A stretch of 64,000 bases of DNA from Anaerolineae bacterium (GTDB lineage: Bacteria; Chloroflexota; Anaerolineae; B4-G1; DUEL01), in contig JASFBC010000093.1 of NCBI GenBank assembly GCA_036172315.1, positions 27,108 to 91,107 of the forward strand, read 5' to 3'. A program made the position numbers and the translations under genes. Under the pieces are notes generated by a model. It worked only from the letters and a program-made list of their open reading frames with translations, did not search any database and was not told where the DNA came from. The number at the start of each line of letters is the position of its first letter. Positions within the stretch are counted from its first letter, which is position 1. Below are positions 9,744 through 18,742 of this stretch, one piece after another.

Positions 9744-10382
9744 ATGGGCAGATACACAGGCCCGGTTTGTCGGTTGTGTCGCCGCGAAGGACAAAAGTTA
9801 TTTTTGAAAGGCGCGCGCTGCACATCGCCCAAGTGTGCTCTGGAGCGCCGGGATCACCCGCCCGGACAGCACGGGCAGATGGCCCGTTTCCGACGGGGAC
9901 AACCCACGGATTACTTCCGCCAGTTGCGGGAAAAACAGAAAGTTAAGCGGGTCTACGGCATTCTGGAGCGGCAGTTCCGCCGCTACTTCCGGGAGGCGTT
10001 GCGGATGCCCGGCCTGACCGGCGAAAATCTACTCATCCTGCTGGAGCGCCGTCTGGATAACGTAGTCTACCGGCTGGGCTTTGCCGACTCGCGTGCCCAG
10101 GCCCGCCAACTGGTTCAGCATGGCCACTTCACCGTCAACGGCCGACGGGTCACTATCCCGTCCTACCTGGTCTGGCCCGGTGACCGGATCGCGGTGCGGG
10201 AAGGAAGCCGCAGGCGACCATATTTCCAGGAACGCGCGGAGATGCTGGGCGAGATGAGAGTTCCCGATTGGCTCTCTCTGGACGCGGCGGACCTTTCCGC
10301 CCGGGTTCTGGGAATGCCCAGGCGGGAGCATGTGGACATCCCGATCAACGAGCAACTGGTCGTGGAGTACTACTCTCGGTAG
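9744..10382 (+). CDS. rpsD: 30S ribosomal protein S4 (zinc-finger type)
   Basis: N-terminus [16 protein letters not shown]...CTSPKCA (C4). RBS AAGGAG lies 5 nt before ATG 9744. Confidence 0.93.
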   Translation: MGRYTGPVCRLCRREGQKLFLKGARCTSPKCALERRDHPPGQHGQMARFRRGQPTDYFRQLREKQKVKRVYGILERQFRRYFREALRMPGLTGENLLILLERRLDNVVYRLGFADSRAQARQLVQHGHFTVNGRRVTIPSYLVWPGDRIAVREGSRRRPYFQERAEMLGEMRVPDWLSLDAADLSARVLGMPRREHVDIPINEQLVVEYYSR

Positions 10383-11384
10383 GTGGCGATGGCTGCACAG
10401 AGGGAACTCCGATTTGCCGCACCGGTTTTGCCGAAAATTGAAAAAGAGGTGCTGACCCAGCAGTACGGCCGGTTCGTCATCGGCCCGCTGGAGAGTGGCT
10501 ACGGGATCACGCTGGGGAACGGACTGCGGCGGGTCCTGCTCTCCTCCCTTCCCGGAGCGGCCGTCACCTCTGTCCGTATCTACGATGTCCCTCATGAATT
10601 CGCGACCATCCCCCATGTGCGGGAGGACGTGATGCAAATCCTTCTTCAGGTGAAGCAATTGCGCCTGAAGATGGATGGCGACGACCCGATGCGAATGGCT
10701 CTCTCCGTTCGGGGGAATGGCGTGGTGACCGCTGGTGACATCCAGGCACCGCCAGAGATAGAGATTCTCAACCCGGACCTCTATCTCTTCACCACCGACT
10801 CCCCCGAGGCCGTGGTGGAGATGGAGTTCACCGTGGAACGGGGACGGGGTTACTCTCCTGCCGAAGAGCGGGAGCGCCGATCCCTGGGTGAACTTCCAGT
10901 AGATGCTCTGTTCAGTCCTGTCCGGCGGGTGGCGTTCAACGTGGAGCGGGCACGGGTCGCCCAGCGGACCAACTACGACCGGCTGAATATGGAAATCTGG
11001 ACCGACGGCCGCATTGGCCCGCTGGAGGCTCTCAAGGAGGCGGCCCGAATTCTGGTCACCCACTTTCGCCTCATCGCCGGGATTACGGAGGAGCCGGAGT
11101 TAGTGGGCGAAGAGGAGAGAGGGATCCCGGCCCGAATCTACGAGGTCCCGATAGAAACTCTGGGGCTGACCGCGCGCGTCTACAACGCCCTGAAACGGTC
11201 GGGAATCTCCCGGGTCGGAGAGGTCCTGGAAGTGCTGAGCCGGGGCGATGAGGCGGTCCGGACCATCCGCAACTTTGGCGATAAGTCTATGGCAGAATTA
11301 ATGGAAAAACTGGGCGCAGCCGGGTACTTGACTTATCTGCCCCGGCCACCCGTGAGGGAATCGGGAGAACTGGGAGAATCATAA
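10383..11384 (+). CDS. rpoA: DNA-directed RNA polymerase alpha subunit
   Basis: Alpha N-terminal and C-terminal domain motifs (ITLGNGLRRVLLSS; C-terminal ...RNFGDKSMAE). Start is GTG 10383 or ATG 10389. Confidence 0.93.
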   Translation: MAMAAQRELRFAAPVLPKIEKEVLTQQYGRFVIGPLESGYGITLGNGLRRVLLSSLPGAAVTSVRIYDVPHEFATIPHVREDVMQILLQVKQLRLKMDGDDPMRMALSVRGNGVVTAGDIQAPPEIEILNPDLYLFTTDSPEAVVEMEFTVERGRGYSPAEERERRSLGELPVDALFSPVRRVAFNVERARVAQRTNYDRLNMEIWTDGRIGPLEALKEAARILVTHFRLIAGITEEPELVGEEERGIPARIYEVPIETLGLTARVYNALKRSGISRVGEVLEVLSRGDEAVRTIRNFGDKSMAELMEKLGAAGYLTYLPRPPVRESGELGES

Positions 11385-11426
11385 GAGGAATAAGAATCGG
11401 GAGAATTAGCGGTTGGGAGGAGGAGG

Positions 11427-11828
11427 ATGCGACATCGGGTTGCAGGAAAGAAACTGAATCGTTCCAGCGGCCATCGCCGGGCCCTGTTTCGGAATCTGGT
11501 TTCGGCGTTAATCTACCACGAGCGGATAGAAACAACGGAAGCGAAGGCGGAGGCCATTCGCGGGCATGCGGAGAAACTCATTACTCTGGCCAAGCGAGGG
11601 CTGGCAGCGAATGACCCGGCCTACGGCGTCTATGCCCGCCGTCTGGCCGCAGCCCGCATAAATCGCTGGGTGGTCTCCCCCGAGGGGGAGCGGGTGGACC
11701 TGGTCAAGAAACTCTTTGAGGAGATCGCGCCGCGCTACCAGAACCGACCCGGCGGATATACCCGCATCATCAAACTGGGCCCGCGCAAGGGCGACGCGGC
11801 CCCTATGGTGGTGCTGGAACTGGTGTAA
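11427..11828 (+). CDS. rplQ: 50S ribosomal protein L17
   Basis: N-terminus [24 protein letters not shown]. Confidence 0.95.
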   Translation: MRHRVAGKKLNRSSGHRRALFRNLVSALIYHERIETTEAKAEAIRGHAEKLITLAKRGLAANDPAYGVYARRLAAARINRWVVSPEGERVDLVKKLFEEIAPRYQNRPGGYTRIIKLGPRKGDAAPMVVLELV

Positions 11829-11858
11829 CGGATTGCGGATTGCCGTGCGATATAGAAT

Positions 11859-12623
11859 TTGTCCATGCGCGTTCGGGCGGTCGTGGCCTATGATGGCACT
11901 CACTACCAGGGCTTCCAGCGACAGACCAGCGGGCCCACCGTCCAGGAGGCCCTGGAGCGGGCGCTGGAACGGGTGACGGGAGAGCCAGTCACCATTCTGG
12001 CCGCCGGCCGCACCGATACGGGAGTTCACGCTGAAGGGCAAGTCATCGCCTTTGACACGGAGTGGAGGCATTCGCTGACGGCGCTCCTGCGGGCGCTGAA
12101 CGCGGTGCTCCCGCCCGATGTCGCGGTGCGGGAGGTGGCTCCGGCCCCCCCGGACTTTCACCCCCGCTACGATGCGATCAGCCGGTACTACCGGTACACC
12201 ATTTACAACCATCCGGTTCGTTCGCCGCTGGCCCGCTGGACCAGTTTCCACATCGCATGGCCGCTGGACGTGGAGGCAATGCAGGCAGCGGCGGCCCTGC
12301 TGGTCGGTGAGCATGATTTCGCCGCCTTCGGCACCCCACCGAAGAGGGAGAACACCATCCGGCGGGTGCTGCGGGCCGGGTGGCACGCCGACCCGCCCTG
12401 GCTGTACTTTGACATAGAGGCCAACGGATTCCTGTACCGGATGGTCCGCATTCTGGTCGGCACGATGATTCGGGTTGGCCTGGGACGGCTATCGGTGGAG
12501 GCGTTCCGCGAGATTTTTGTCTCCGGCGATCGCCGCCGGGCCGGACCGGCGGTACCCCCGCACGGTCTCTGCCTGATGGCGGTGAGGTATCCACAGGGAG
12601 ATCTCAGAATCAGCGAATCATAG
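11859..12623 (+). CDS. truA: tRNA pseudouridine(38-40) synthase
   Basis: Carries AYDGTHYQGFQRQ and the catalytic block GRTDTGVHA. Confidence 0.9.
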   Translation: MSMRVRAVVAYDGTHYQGFQRQTSGPTVQEALERALERVTGEPVTILAAGRTDTGVHAEGQVIAFDTEWRHSLTALLRALNAVLPPDVAVREVAPAPPDFHPRYDAISRYYRYTIYNHPVRSPLARWTSFHIAWPLDVEAMQAAAALLVGEHDFAAFGTPPKRENTIRRVLRAGWHADPPWLYFDIEANGFLYRMVRILVGTMIRVGLGRLSVEAFREIFVSGDRRRAGPAVPPHGLCLMAVRYPQGDLRISES

Positions 12624-12632
12624 AAGCAAGGA

Positions 12633-13070
12633 GTGATGAGTGTGAAGACGTACGTCACCCAACCCGATGAGGTGAAACGGGAGTGGTTCGTTGTGGACGC
12701 CAGCGGGAAGACGCTGGGGCGTCTGGCAACGGAGGTGGCCCGTATTCTGCGCGGGAAACATAAGCCTATTTACTCCCCGATGATAGATGTAGGGGATTAC
12801 GTCATCGTAGTCAACGCCGAGAAGGTGCGGGTTACGGGCCGCAAACTGACCCAGAAGTTCTACTACCGCCATTCCGGCTACCCGGGCGGCTTCAAACAGA
12901 TTAGCCTGCGGGATATGCTGGCTCGTCACCCGACGCGCGTCATTGAGTACGCCGTTTGGGGAATGCTCCCCAAGAACGCTCTGGGGCGGCGGATGTTTAA
13001 GAAACTGAAGGTATATGCCGGGCCAGACCACCCTCATCAGGCCCAGAACCCGAAACCGCTGGAGTTGTAG
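12633..13070 (+). CDS. rplM: 50S ribosomal protein L13
   Basis: L13 motifs [19 protein letters not shown] and [11 protein letters not shown]. Confidence 0.95.
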   Translation: MMSVKTYVTQPDEVKREWFVVDASGKTLGRLATEVARILRGKHKPIYSPMIDVGDYVIVVNAEKVRVTGRKLTQKFYYRHSGYPGGFKQISLRDMLARHPTRVIEYAVWGMLPKNALGRRMFKKLKVYAGPDHPHQAQNPKPLEL

Positions 13071-13089
13071 GAGGGTGAGGAGAGAACCG

Positions 13090-13491
13090 ATGGCAGAACA
13101 GCAACAGTATTATGAAGGCGTGGGACGTCGCAAGGAAGCCACCGCGCGGGTGCGGCTCTACCCCGAGGGCGACGGGAAATTTGTGGTCAATGACCGGCCC
13201 CTTCAGGAGTACTTCGTCCGCAAGATAGATGTGATGCGCCTGATGGAGCCGCTGAAGGTCACCGGGATGGATGGCCGCTTCAATATCTCCGTCCAGGTGA
13301 AGGGGGGCGGGATCAGTGGTCAGGCCGGGGCGGTGCGGCTGGGCCTGGCGCGGGCGCTGCTCCAGGTGGACCCCCAACTGCGGCCGCTTCTGCGCCAGAA
13401 GGGGCTGTTGACCTGCGACGCGCGGGTGAAAGAGCGCAAGAAGCCGGGCCTCAAGCGCGCCCGTAAGGCCCCGCAGTATACGAAGCGGTAG
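13090..13491 (+). CDS. rpsI: 30S ribosomal protein S9
   Basis: YYEGVGRRKEATARV...C-terminal KARKAPQYTKR; RBS GGAGGGTGAGGAG lies upstream of ATG 13090. Confidence 0.93.
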   Translation: MAEQQQYYEGVGRRKEATARVRLYPEGDGKFVVNDRPLQEYFVRKIDVMRLMEPLKVTGMDGRFNISVQVKGGGISGQAGAVRLGLARALLQVDPQLRPLLRQKGLLTCDARVKERKKPGLKRARKAPQYTKR

Positions 13492-13516
13492 CGCGAAAAA
13501 CGCAAAGGGCCGGGGA

Positions 13517-13566
13517 AAAGACCCTCCCGCAGATTCTCAACCTGCGGGAGGGTCTTTGCGTTTGCG
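13517..13566 (+). terminator. Rho-independent terminator ending the r-protein operon
   Basis: AAAGACCCTCCCGCAG-N-CTGCGGGAGGGTCTTTGCGTTTGCG: a perfect ~14-bp stem followed by a T-rich tail. Confidence 0.8.
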
Positions 13567-13700
13567 GATGCCGGCCTTCAGCGCCTACGACTACGACTGC
13601 CTCGTTGCCCCTCCCTCTGCCCCCCTGGTAGCGGCGAAGCCGCCGGGGATGAGGTGAGGACTTCCCTGTCCCAACGGATGTCCCAATCTCGGGCGAGGGC

Positions 13701-13729
13701 TTGACACCCCCTCCGGTTTATGCTATCAT
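13701..13729 (+). promoter_or_regulatory. Sigma-70-like promoter for the MBL/epimerase operon
   Basis: TTGACA-N17-TATCAT with an extended -10 TGC upstream. Confidence 0.6.
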
Positions 13730-13811
13730 CCTTCTACCTCCCCAATGGGGGGCTGGAGGCAGCAGCACTACCCCACCCCTATCTGCAAGCAGCGAATAAA
13801 GGAAGTGACCT

Positions 13812-14693
13812 ATGCTCCAGGAACGGGTCTCCGCCGACATCTACCTCTTCACCAGCGACCTTTATACCCAGGTCACCGCCGGTGTCATCGTGACCCCGGC
13901 AGGAGCCGTCCTGGTGGACACCCTCCCGTTTCCTATAGAGACCCAGGCCATTCTCCAGTTTCTATCTCGCCGGGTGCCGGCTGGCCTCCGGTACATCATC
14001 TTCACCCACTACCACGCGGACCACATTTACGGTGCCCATCTGTTCCCCGATGTCCCCGTCATCGCTCACGCGCGATGCCGGGAACATCTGCTCCTCTCGG
14101 GGAAGGAAGGGCTAAAAGCCGCGCGCGCGGAGGCGCCAGACCTCCTGGAGAATGTGGTCATCCGTCTGCCCGATATCACGCTGGATAGCGGTGAGATGAT
14201 CCTCTCCTTAGGCGGCAAGACCCTGCGCATCTTTGAGACCCCCGGCCACTCCGATGATGGTCTCTCCATCTACGTGGAAGAAGACCTGGTGCTCTTCGCG
14301 GGCGACGCGATGATGCCTATCCCCACAATTGTGGACGGCGACCCGGAGGTGCTGAAGCAGTCGCTTCGGAAAATCCAGGCCATAGAACCCGATAGTATCG
14401 TCCAGGGACACGGAGAGGTGATTCTGCGGGGAGAAGTCAAGGATGCGCTGCGGACTAACATCGCGTATCTGGAGACCATTCAGCGGATCGCGAGTGAGGC
14501 GGTGACCAACGAACGGCGTCGGGCCACACTTCTCAAAACCGACGTGGAGAAGTGCGGGGTTCCTCGCGTGGCTCTGAATGGAGAAGCCCCTCGGCTCCAC
14601 GCGGCCAACCTGCGGACGCTCTATAACCGCCTGGCCCGCTCTGCAGGCAAGGAGGAATGGGCGACCTCTCAGAAATCGGGGAGAAAAGGATGA
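13812..14693 (+). CDS. MBL-fold metallo-hydrolase
   Basis: THYHADHIYG (HxHxDH) zinc-binding motif; 293 aa. Confidence 0.85.
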   Translation: MLQERVSADIYLFTSDLYTQVTAGVIVTPAGAVLVDTLPFPIETQAILQFLSRRVPAGLRYIIFTHYHADHIYGAHLFPDVPVIAHARCREHLLLSGKEGLKAARAEAPDLLENVVIRLPDITLDSGEMILSLGGKTLRIFETPGHSDDGLSIYVEEDLVLFAGDAMMPIPTIVDGDPEVLKQSLRKIQAIEPDSIVQGHGEVILRGEVKDALRTNIAYLETIQRIASEAVTNERRRATLLKTDVEKCGVPRVALNGEAPRLHAANLRTLYNRLARSAGKEEWATSQKSGRKG

Positions 14694-15649
14694 ACGTCGC
14701 GATTACCGGGGCAGCAGGATATGTGGGGCAACAATTGATGGCCCGATTGGGGGCCGATTCTGAGGTGGAACAAATCTTCGGCCTGGACATTCGGCTTCCT
14801 GAAATGTCGCTTCCCTCCGGCGCGATGTTTCTTCAAATGGACATTCGCGACCCCACACTGGGAGATACTCTCCGGCGCTGCGGAGTAGAGAGCCTAGTCC
14901 ACACTGCGTTTATCCTCTTCCCCCATCCTCGCCGACTGGCCCTGATGGAACAGGTCAATGTAGGGGGGACCATCAATGTCCTGAGGGCCTGCCGGGAAGC
15001 GAGAATCTGTCGCTTGATCATCCTTTCCAGCATCACGGTCTACGGTGCCTGGCCCGATAACCCAATCCCGCTAACCGAAGAACACCCTCTCCGCCCCAAT
15101 CCTAACTACCCCTATGGTGTGCACAAAGGTCTGGTGGAACGACATTGCCGTGAGTTTTCAGAGGAATACCCTCAGGTCGCATGCATCATATTGCGTCCCC
15201 CGGGAATTTTCGGCCCTCATGCCCGGGGTCCCCTGGCGGACTTTCTTCGGCGCTCCAGCGCGGTCATCGTCGACGGAGGATATGCCCCCGGCCAGTTTGT
15301 CCATGAAGACGACCTTGTGGACCTGATCGGAAAATGCCTGCGGAGCGATGTCCGGGGGGCTTTTAATGCAACCCCCAATGACTGGCTTCCCTGGCGGGAA
15401 ATCTGGGGCAGCGTCGGGAAGAAACTTCTGAACTTTCCCTGGCCAGCCGCGCGTCTGATCTTTGGCCTGCTCTGGCGAATGGAGCGGCTGGGCTACGTCA
15501 CCCATCCCGGTCAGGTCAACCTGACCCGGTTTCCCCTTGTGGCCAGCAACGAGAAGGCCCGCCGACAACTGGGCTGGCAACCAGCATATACAACTCTCCA
15601 GACCGTTCAATCTTTCCTTGCAAGAGGGAACGATGAATCGTCGTACTGA
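14690..15649 (+). CDS. NAD-dependent epimerase/dehydratase (SDR extended family)
   Basis: Rossmann motif ITGAAGYVGQQL at the N-terminus. ATG 14690 overlaps the upstream stop (ATGA) and has RBS GGGAGAAAAGGA. Confidence 0.85.
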   Translation: MNVAITGAAGYVGQQLMARLGADSEVEQIFGLDIRLPEMSLPSGAMFLQMDIRDPTLGDTLRRCGVESLVHTAFILFPHPRRLALMEQVNVGGTINVLRACREARICRLIILSSITVYGAWPDNPIPLTEEHPLRPNPNYPYGVHKGLVERHCREFSEEYPQVACIILRPPGIFGPHARGPLADFLRRSSAVIVDGGYAPGQFVHEDDLVDLIGKCLRSDVRGAFNATPNDWLPWREIWGSVGKKLLNFPWPAARLIFGLLWRMERLGYVTHPGQVNLTRFPLVASNEKARRQLGWQPAYTTLQTVQSFLARGNDESSY

Positions 15650-16286
15650 CATTTTGGTCGGCATCTCTATGGCACTGGTTATCGTCGGAGTTTCTCTCAC
15701 CGGGCTCCTTTTTCGCTGGCCATGGATGTTTTCCCTTATTGCCTGGCTGATGGTAGCCCTCTACCTGGCTTATATCGGGATAACCCGAAACCCTCTGTTC
15801 CTGCGGCTTCTGACCTTTGCCCTGGCCTGCAATCTCCCTCAACTGCTGACCGATTTTTACCATGCCAGAGTTGTCCACACACTGGTCTATGACGATTTCC
15901 TGTTCAGAGTGCTGGATACCCCTGATTATATCATCGCCGGATGGGGATTCGCCTTCCTGCAACTGGGGTATCTCTTCCTCCGGTTACGCCCCCGGCTGGG
16001 CACCGGCCTCACCACTGCGTTGATCACAGCAGGAGGGACAGTCGTTCACTCCTGGTATGAAGAGATGGCCTATCAGTCCCATACCTGGCGATACCTGGAC
16101 GCCCGGATGATCGGTCACGTGAGCCTGTGGGTCATCTTTTCCTTTGTCCTCATTATCGCCACGATTTGTCTGCTCCTGACCTGGCTGGAGCGACGAGAAC
16201 ATCCGGCATGGTGGGTGGGCGGGGGGATCCTGAACGGCATCGGGATATTCGCATACTCAGCTCTTGGGGTGGCACTCCTGCGATAG
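15633..16286 (+). CDS. Integral membrane protein of unknown function
   Basis: At least six predicted TM helices; ATG 15633 has RBS AGAGGGA; 17-bp overlap with the epimerase gene suggests an operon. Confidence 0.7.
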   Translation: MNRRTDILVGISMALVIVGVSLTGLLFRWPWMFSLIAWLMVALYLAYIGITRNPLFLRLLTFALACNLPQLLTDFYHARVVHTLVYDDFLFRVLDTPDYIIAGWGFAFLQLGYLFLRLRPRLGTGLTTALITAGGTVVHSWYEEMAYQSHTWRYLDARMIGHVSLWVIFSFVLIIATICLLLTWLERREHPAWWVGGGILNGIGIFAYSALGVALLR

Positions 16287-16526
16287 TCGTATCACGCTCT
16301 TCTTTGGCCGGAGAGTAAGAGATAAACAGATGGCTGAATCTTAAAAAGTTGTACCGGTAGCGCATGGAGTACTCATTGCCGGGAAACGTGGCGCAAGATA
16401 AATCGCCACCAAGCCTCATCTTCCTCGAGAATTGTAGATCGTCACAATACTCTTCGCGTCTTTCCCGGCAGATAGCCGCAATTATCTGAGAGGTTATTTT
16501 ACATCCTTCATAGTCATCACAGGGTC

Positions 16527-16868
16527 TGTGGATTTGTGGATAACCGGGCAAGGGGAATCAGCAACCCCTAATTCTCGGGAAGTGGAGGTGGGTGAGGTGT
16601 ATTAGTGGGGATAGATGAAGCGGGTATCGCCTTCGGAAGTTGGGGATAGATATGGGAAAACCGGAAAGAGCCCATCTGGGGCTTGTATCTGGAAGGGTGA
16701 ACTCTCGCCAAAGAAGCGCGGTATCTGGGCGGGATTATCCACAGGCGGCCCGGGTTATCCACAGAAACGGGCAGGTTATCCACACCCGGAACGAGGCGCG
16801 GGGTGGGAAAGAGGACATATATGGGAGATGGGGACAATTGCCCTGCCAGAAATGGGGGGTGTGGATGA
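16527..16868. promoter_or_regulatory. DnaA-box cluster in a 650-bp non-coding, locally AT-richer region (candidate oriC or DnaA-regulated region)
   Basis: Perfect TTATCCACA at 16735-16743, 16755-16763 and 16776-16784 in direct orientation with 20-21-bp phasing. Perfect complement TGTGGATAA at 16536-16544, abutting TGTGGATTT at 16527-16535. TGTGGATGA at 16860-16868. An AT-rich stretch lies at 16321-16350. Confidence 0.6.
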
Positions 16869-16941
16869 GTGGAAGGAGTTGTGATTTCCAGTAAGCAGAG
16901 TGGGAGTAGCGTTCACCCATAGAATTCCCAGGAGGTATCCT

Positions 16942-18669
16942 ATGGAACTGATCCGATTCCTTCCTGTAGCCCGGGGGGACGAACCGGCTGAACTGGTGCT
17001 CCGAAACGGACGGGTCATCAATGTGTATACGGCCGAGATCATAGAGGCCGATATCGCGATCGCGGACGGCCTCATTGTCGGCGTGGGGAGAGGATACGAA
17101 GGCCGCCAGGAGATAGATCTGAGGGGCCGGTATCTTTGCCCCGGCCTGATAGACGCCCACGTCCATATAGAGTCTTCTATGGTGACCCCCTACCAGTTCG
17201 CCCGTGCCGTTGTCCCTCGGGGAACAACGACCGTCGTCTGCGACCCGCATGAAATCGCTAATGTGGCCGGAACGGCCGGGATCCGCTATATGCTGGACGC
17301 CTCGGAAGGGTTGCCGTTGACCGTCTACGTGAATCTTCCCTCCTGTGTACCGGCCACGACAATGGGAACCGCCGGCGCCGAATTGGGCGCAGCCGACCTG
17401 TTGCCTCTGGCAAATCTCCCCCGCGTTCTGGGCCTGGCCGAGATGATGAACGTCCCGGGTCTGGTTCTGGGATTCCCCGACGTGCTGGCAAAGGTGGAAG
17501 CATTTCGGGATCGGGTGATAGACGGTCACGCCCCGGGCATCAGCGGGAAGTGGCTCCAGGCGTATGTGGGCGCCGGGCCGGGTTCGGACCATGAATGTAC
17601 CACTGCCGCCGAGATGATGGAGAAACTCCGCCTGGGGATGCGCGTCTTCATCCGGGAATCCACGGCGGCGAAAAACCTGCGCGCCCTGATACCGGCCATC
17701 ACCCCCCAGAACAGCCGTCGGTGCGCCTTCTGCACCGATGATCGCCACCCGGCTGACTTGCTGGATGAAGGGCATCTGGATCACCTCATTCGACTGGCAG
17801 TTTCTGAAGGGCTGGACCCGGTTACGGCGATCCAGATGGCCACCCTGAACGCGGCGGAATGGTTTCGCCTGCGTGACCGGGGGGCCATCGCCCCCGGCCT
17901 GCGGGCCGACCTGGTGGTCTTCTCGGACCTGAGGAATTTCCGACCGGAGATGGTCTTCTCCGCCGGGCATCTGGTGGCTCAGGCCGGAGAGCCGGTTAGC
18001 CGCTGGGAGGAGCCTCCGGCGGACGATTCCCCGGTTCGGGATACGGTGCGGGTGGAATGGGAGCGGGTCTCTCTGCGGATAGGGGCTCCGAACTCCGGCG
18101 CCCGGAGCGTTCGGGTACGGGTCATCGGCGTCATCCCCGATCAGGTCCTGACAGAACACCGGATTGAGGAACTCCCTGTACGGGACGGAGAGGTGGTGGC
18201 CGCTCCGGAGCGGGACATCCTGAAACTGGCCGTCATAGAGCGACATCAAAGGACCGGCAATGTGGGGCTTGGGTTTGTGCAAGGGCTGGGACTTCGCCAG
18301 GGAGCCCTGGCGGGGAGCGTGGGGCACGATGCCCACAACCTCATCGTTGCCGGTTGCGATGATGTTTCTATGATGACCGCGGCGCGCACGGTGGCCCGGA
18401 TGGGTGGCGGCCTGGCCGTCGCGGTGGGAGAGCAGGTACTGGCAACAGTGCCGTTACCGGTCGCCGGTCTGATGTCGGATCAGCCGGTAGAGATGGTCCG
18501 TTTCCAGATGGACGGCCTGACCCAGGCAGCGCGGTCCCTGGGGACTTCCCTGCCAGACCCGTTGATGACGCTGAGTTTCCTGCCCCTGGAGGTCATCCCG
18601 GCGCTGAAGTTGACGGATCAGGGGCTGGTGGACGTGGAGCAGTTTGCCTTTGTATCCCTTTTTGCTTGA
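16942..18669 (+). CDS. ade: Adenine deaminase
   Basis: Amidohydrolase metal motif GLIDAHVHIESS and overall AdeC-like length. RBS AGGAGG lies 6 nt before ATG 16942. Confidence 0.88.
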   Translation: MELIRFLPVARGDEPAELVLRNGRVINVYTAEIIEADIAIADGLIVGVGRGYEGRQEIDLRGRYLCPGLIDAHVHIESSMVTPYQFARAVVPRGTTTVVCDPHEIANVAGTAGIRYMLDASEGLPLTVYVNLPSCVPATTMGTAGAELGAADLLPLANLPRVLGLAEMMNVPGLVLGFPDVLAKVEAFRDRVIDGHAPGISGKWLQAYVGAGPGSDHECTTAAEMMEKLRLGMRVFIRESTAAKNLRALIPAITPQNSRRCAFCTDDRHPADLLDEGHLDHLIRLAVSEGLDPVTAIQMATLNAAEWFRLRDRGAIAPGLRADLVVFSDLRNFRPEMVFSAGHLVAQAGEPVSRWEEPPADDSPVRDTVRVEWERVSLRIGAPNSGARSVRVRVIGVIPDQVLTEHRIEELPVRDGEVVAAPERDILKLAVIERHQRTGNVGLGFVQGLGLRQGALAGSVGHDAHNLIVAGCDDVSMMTAARTVARMGGGLAVAVGEQVLATVPLPVAGLMSDQPVEMVRFQMDGLTQAARSLGTSLPDPLMTLSFLPLEVIPALKLTDQGLVDVEQFAFVSLFA

Positions 18670-18683
18670 CATAGGGGGATAGA

Positions 18684-18708
18684 GGGCGGCGGCCGAAGGC
18701 CGCCGCCC
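18684..18708 (+). terminator. GC hairpin terminator-like element after ade
   Basis: GGGCGGCGGCC-GAAG-GCCGCCGCCC. Confidence 0.5.
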
Positions 18709-18742
18709 CCCACCCTCGCTGTCTCCCCGGAGGAGGCCGACC

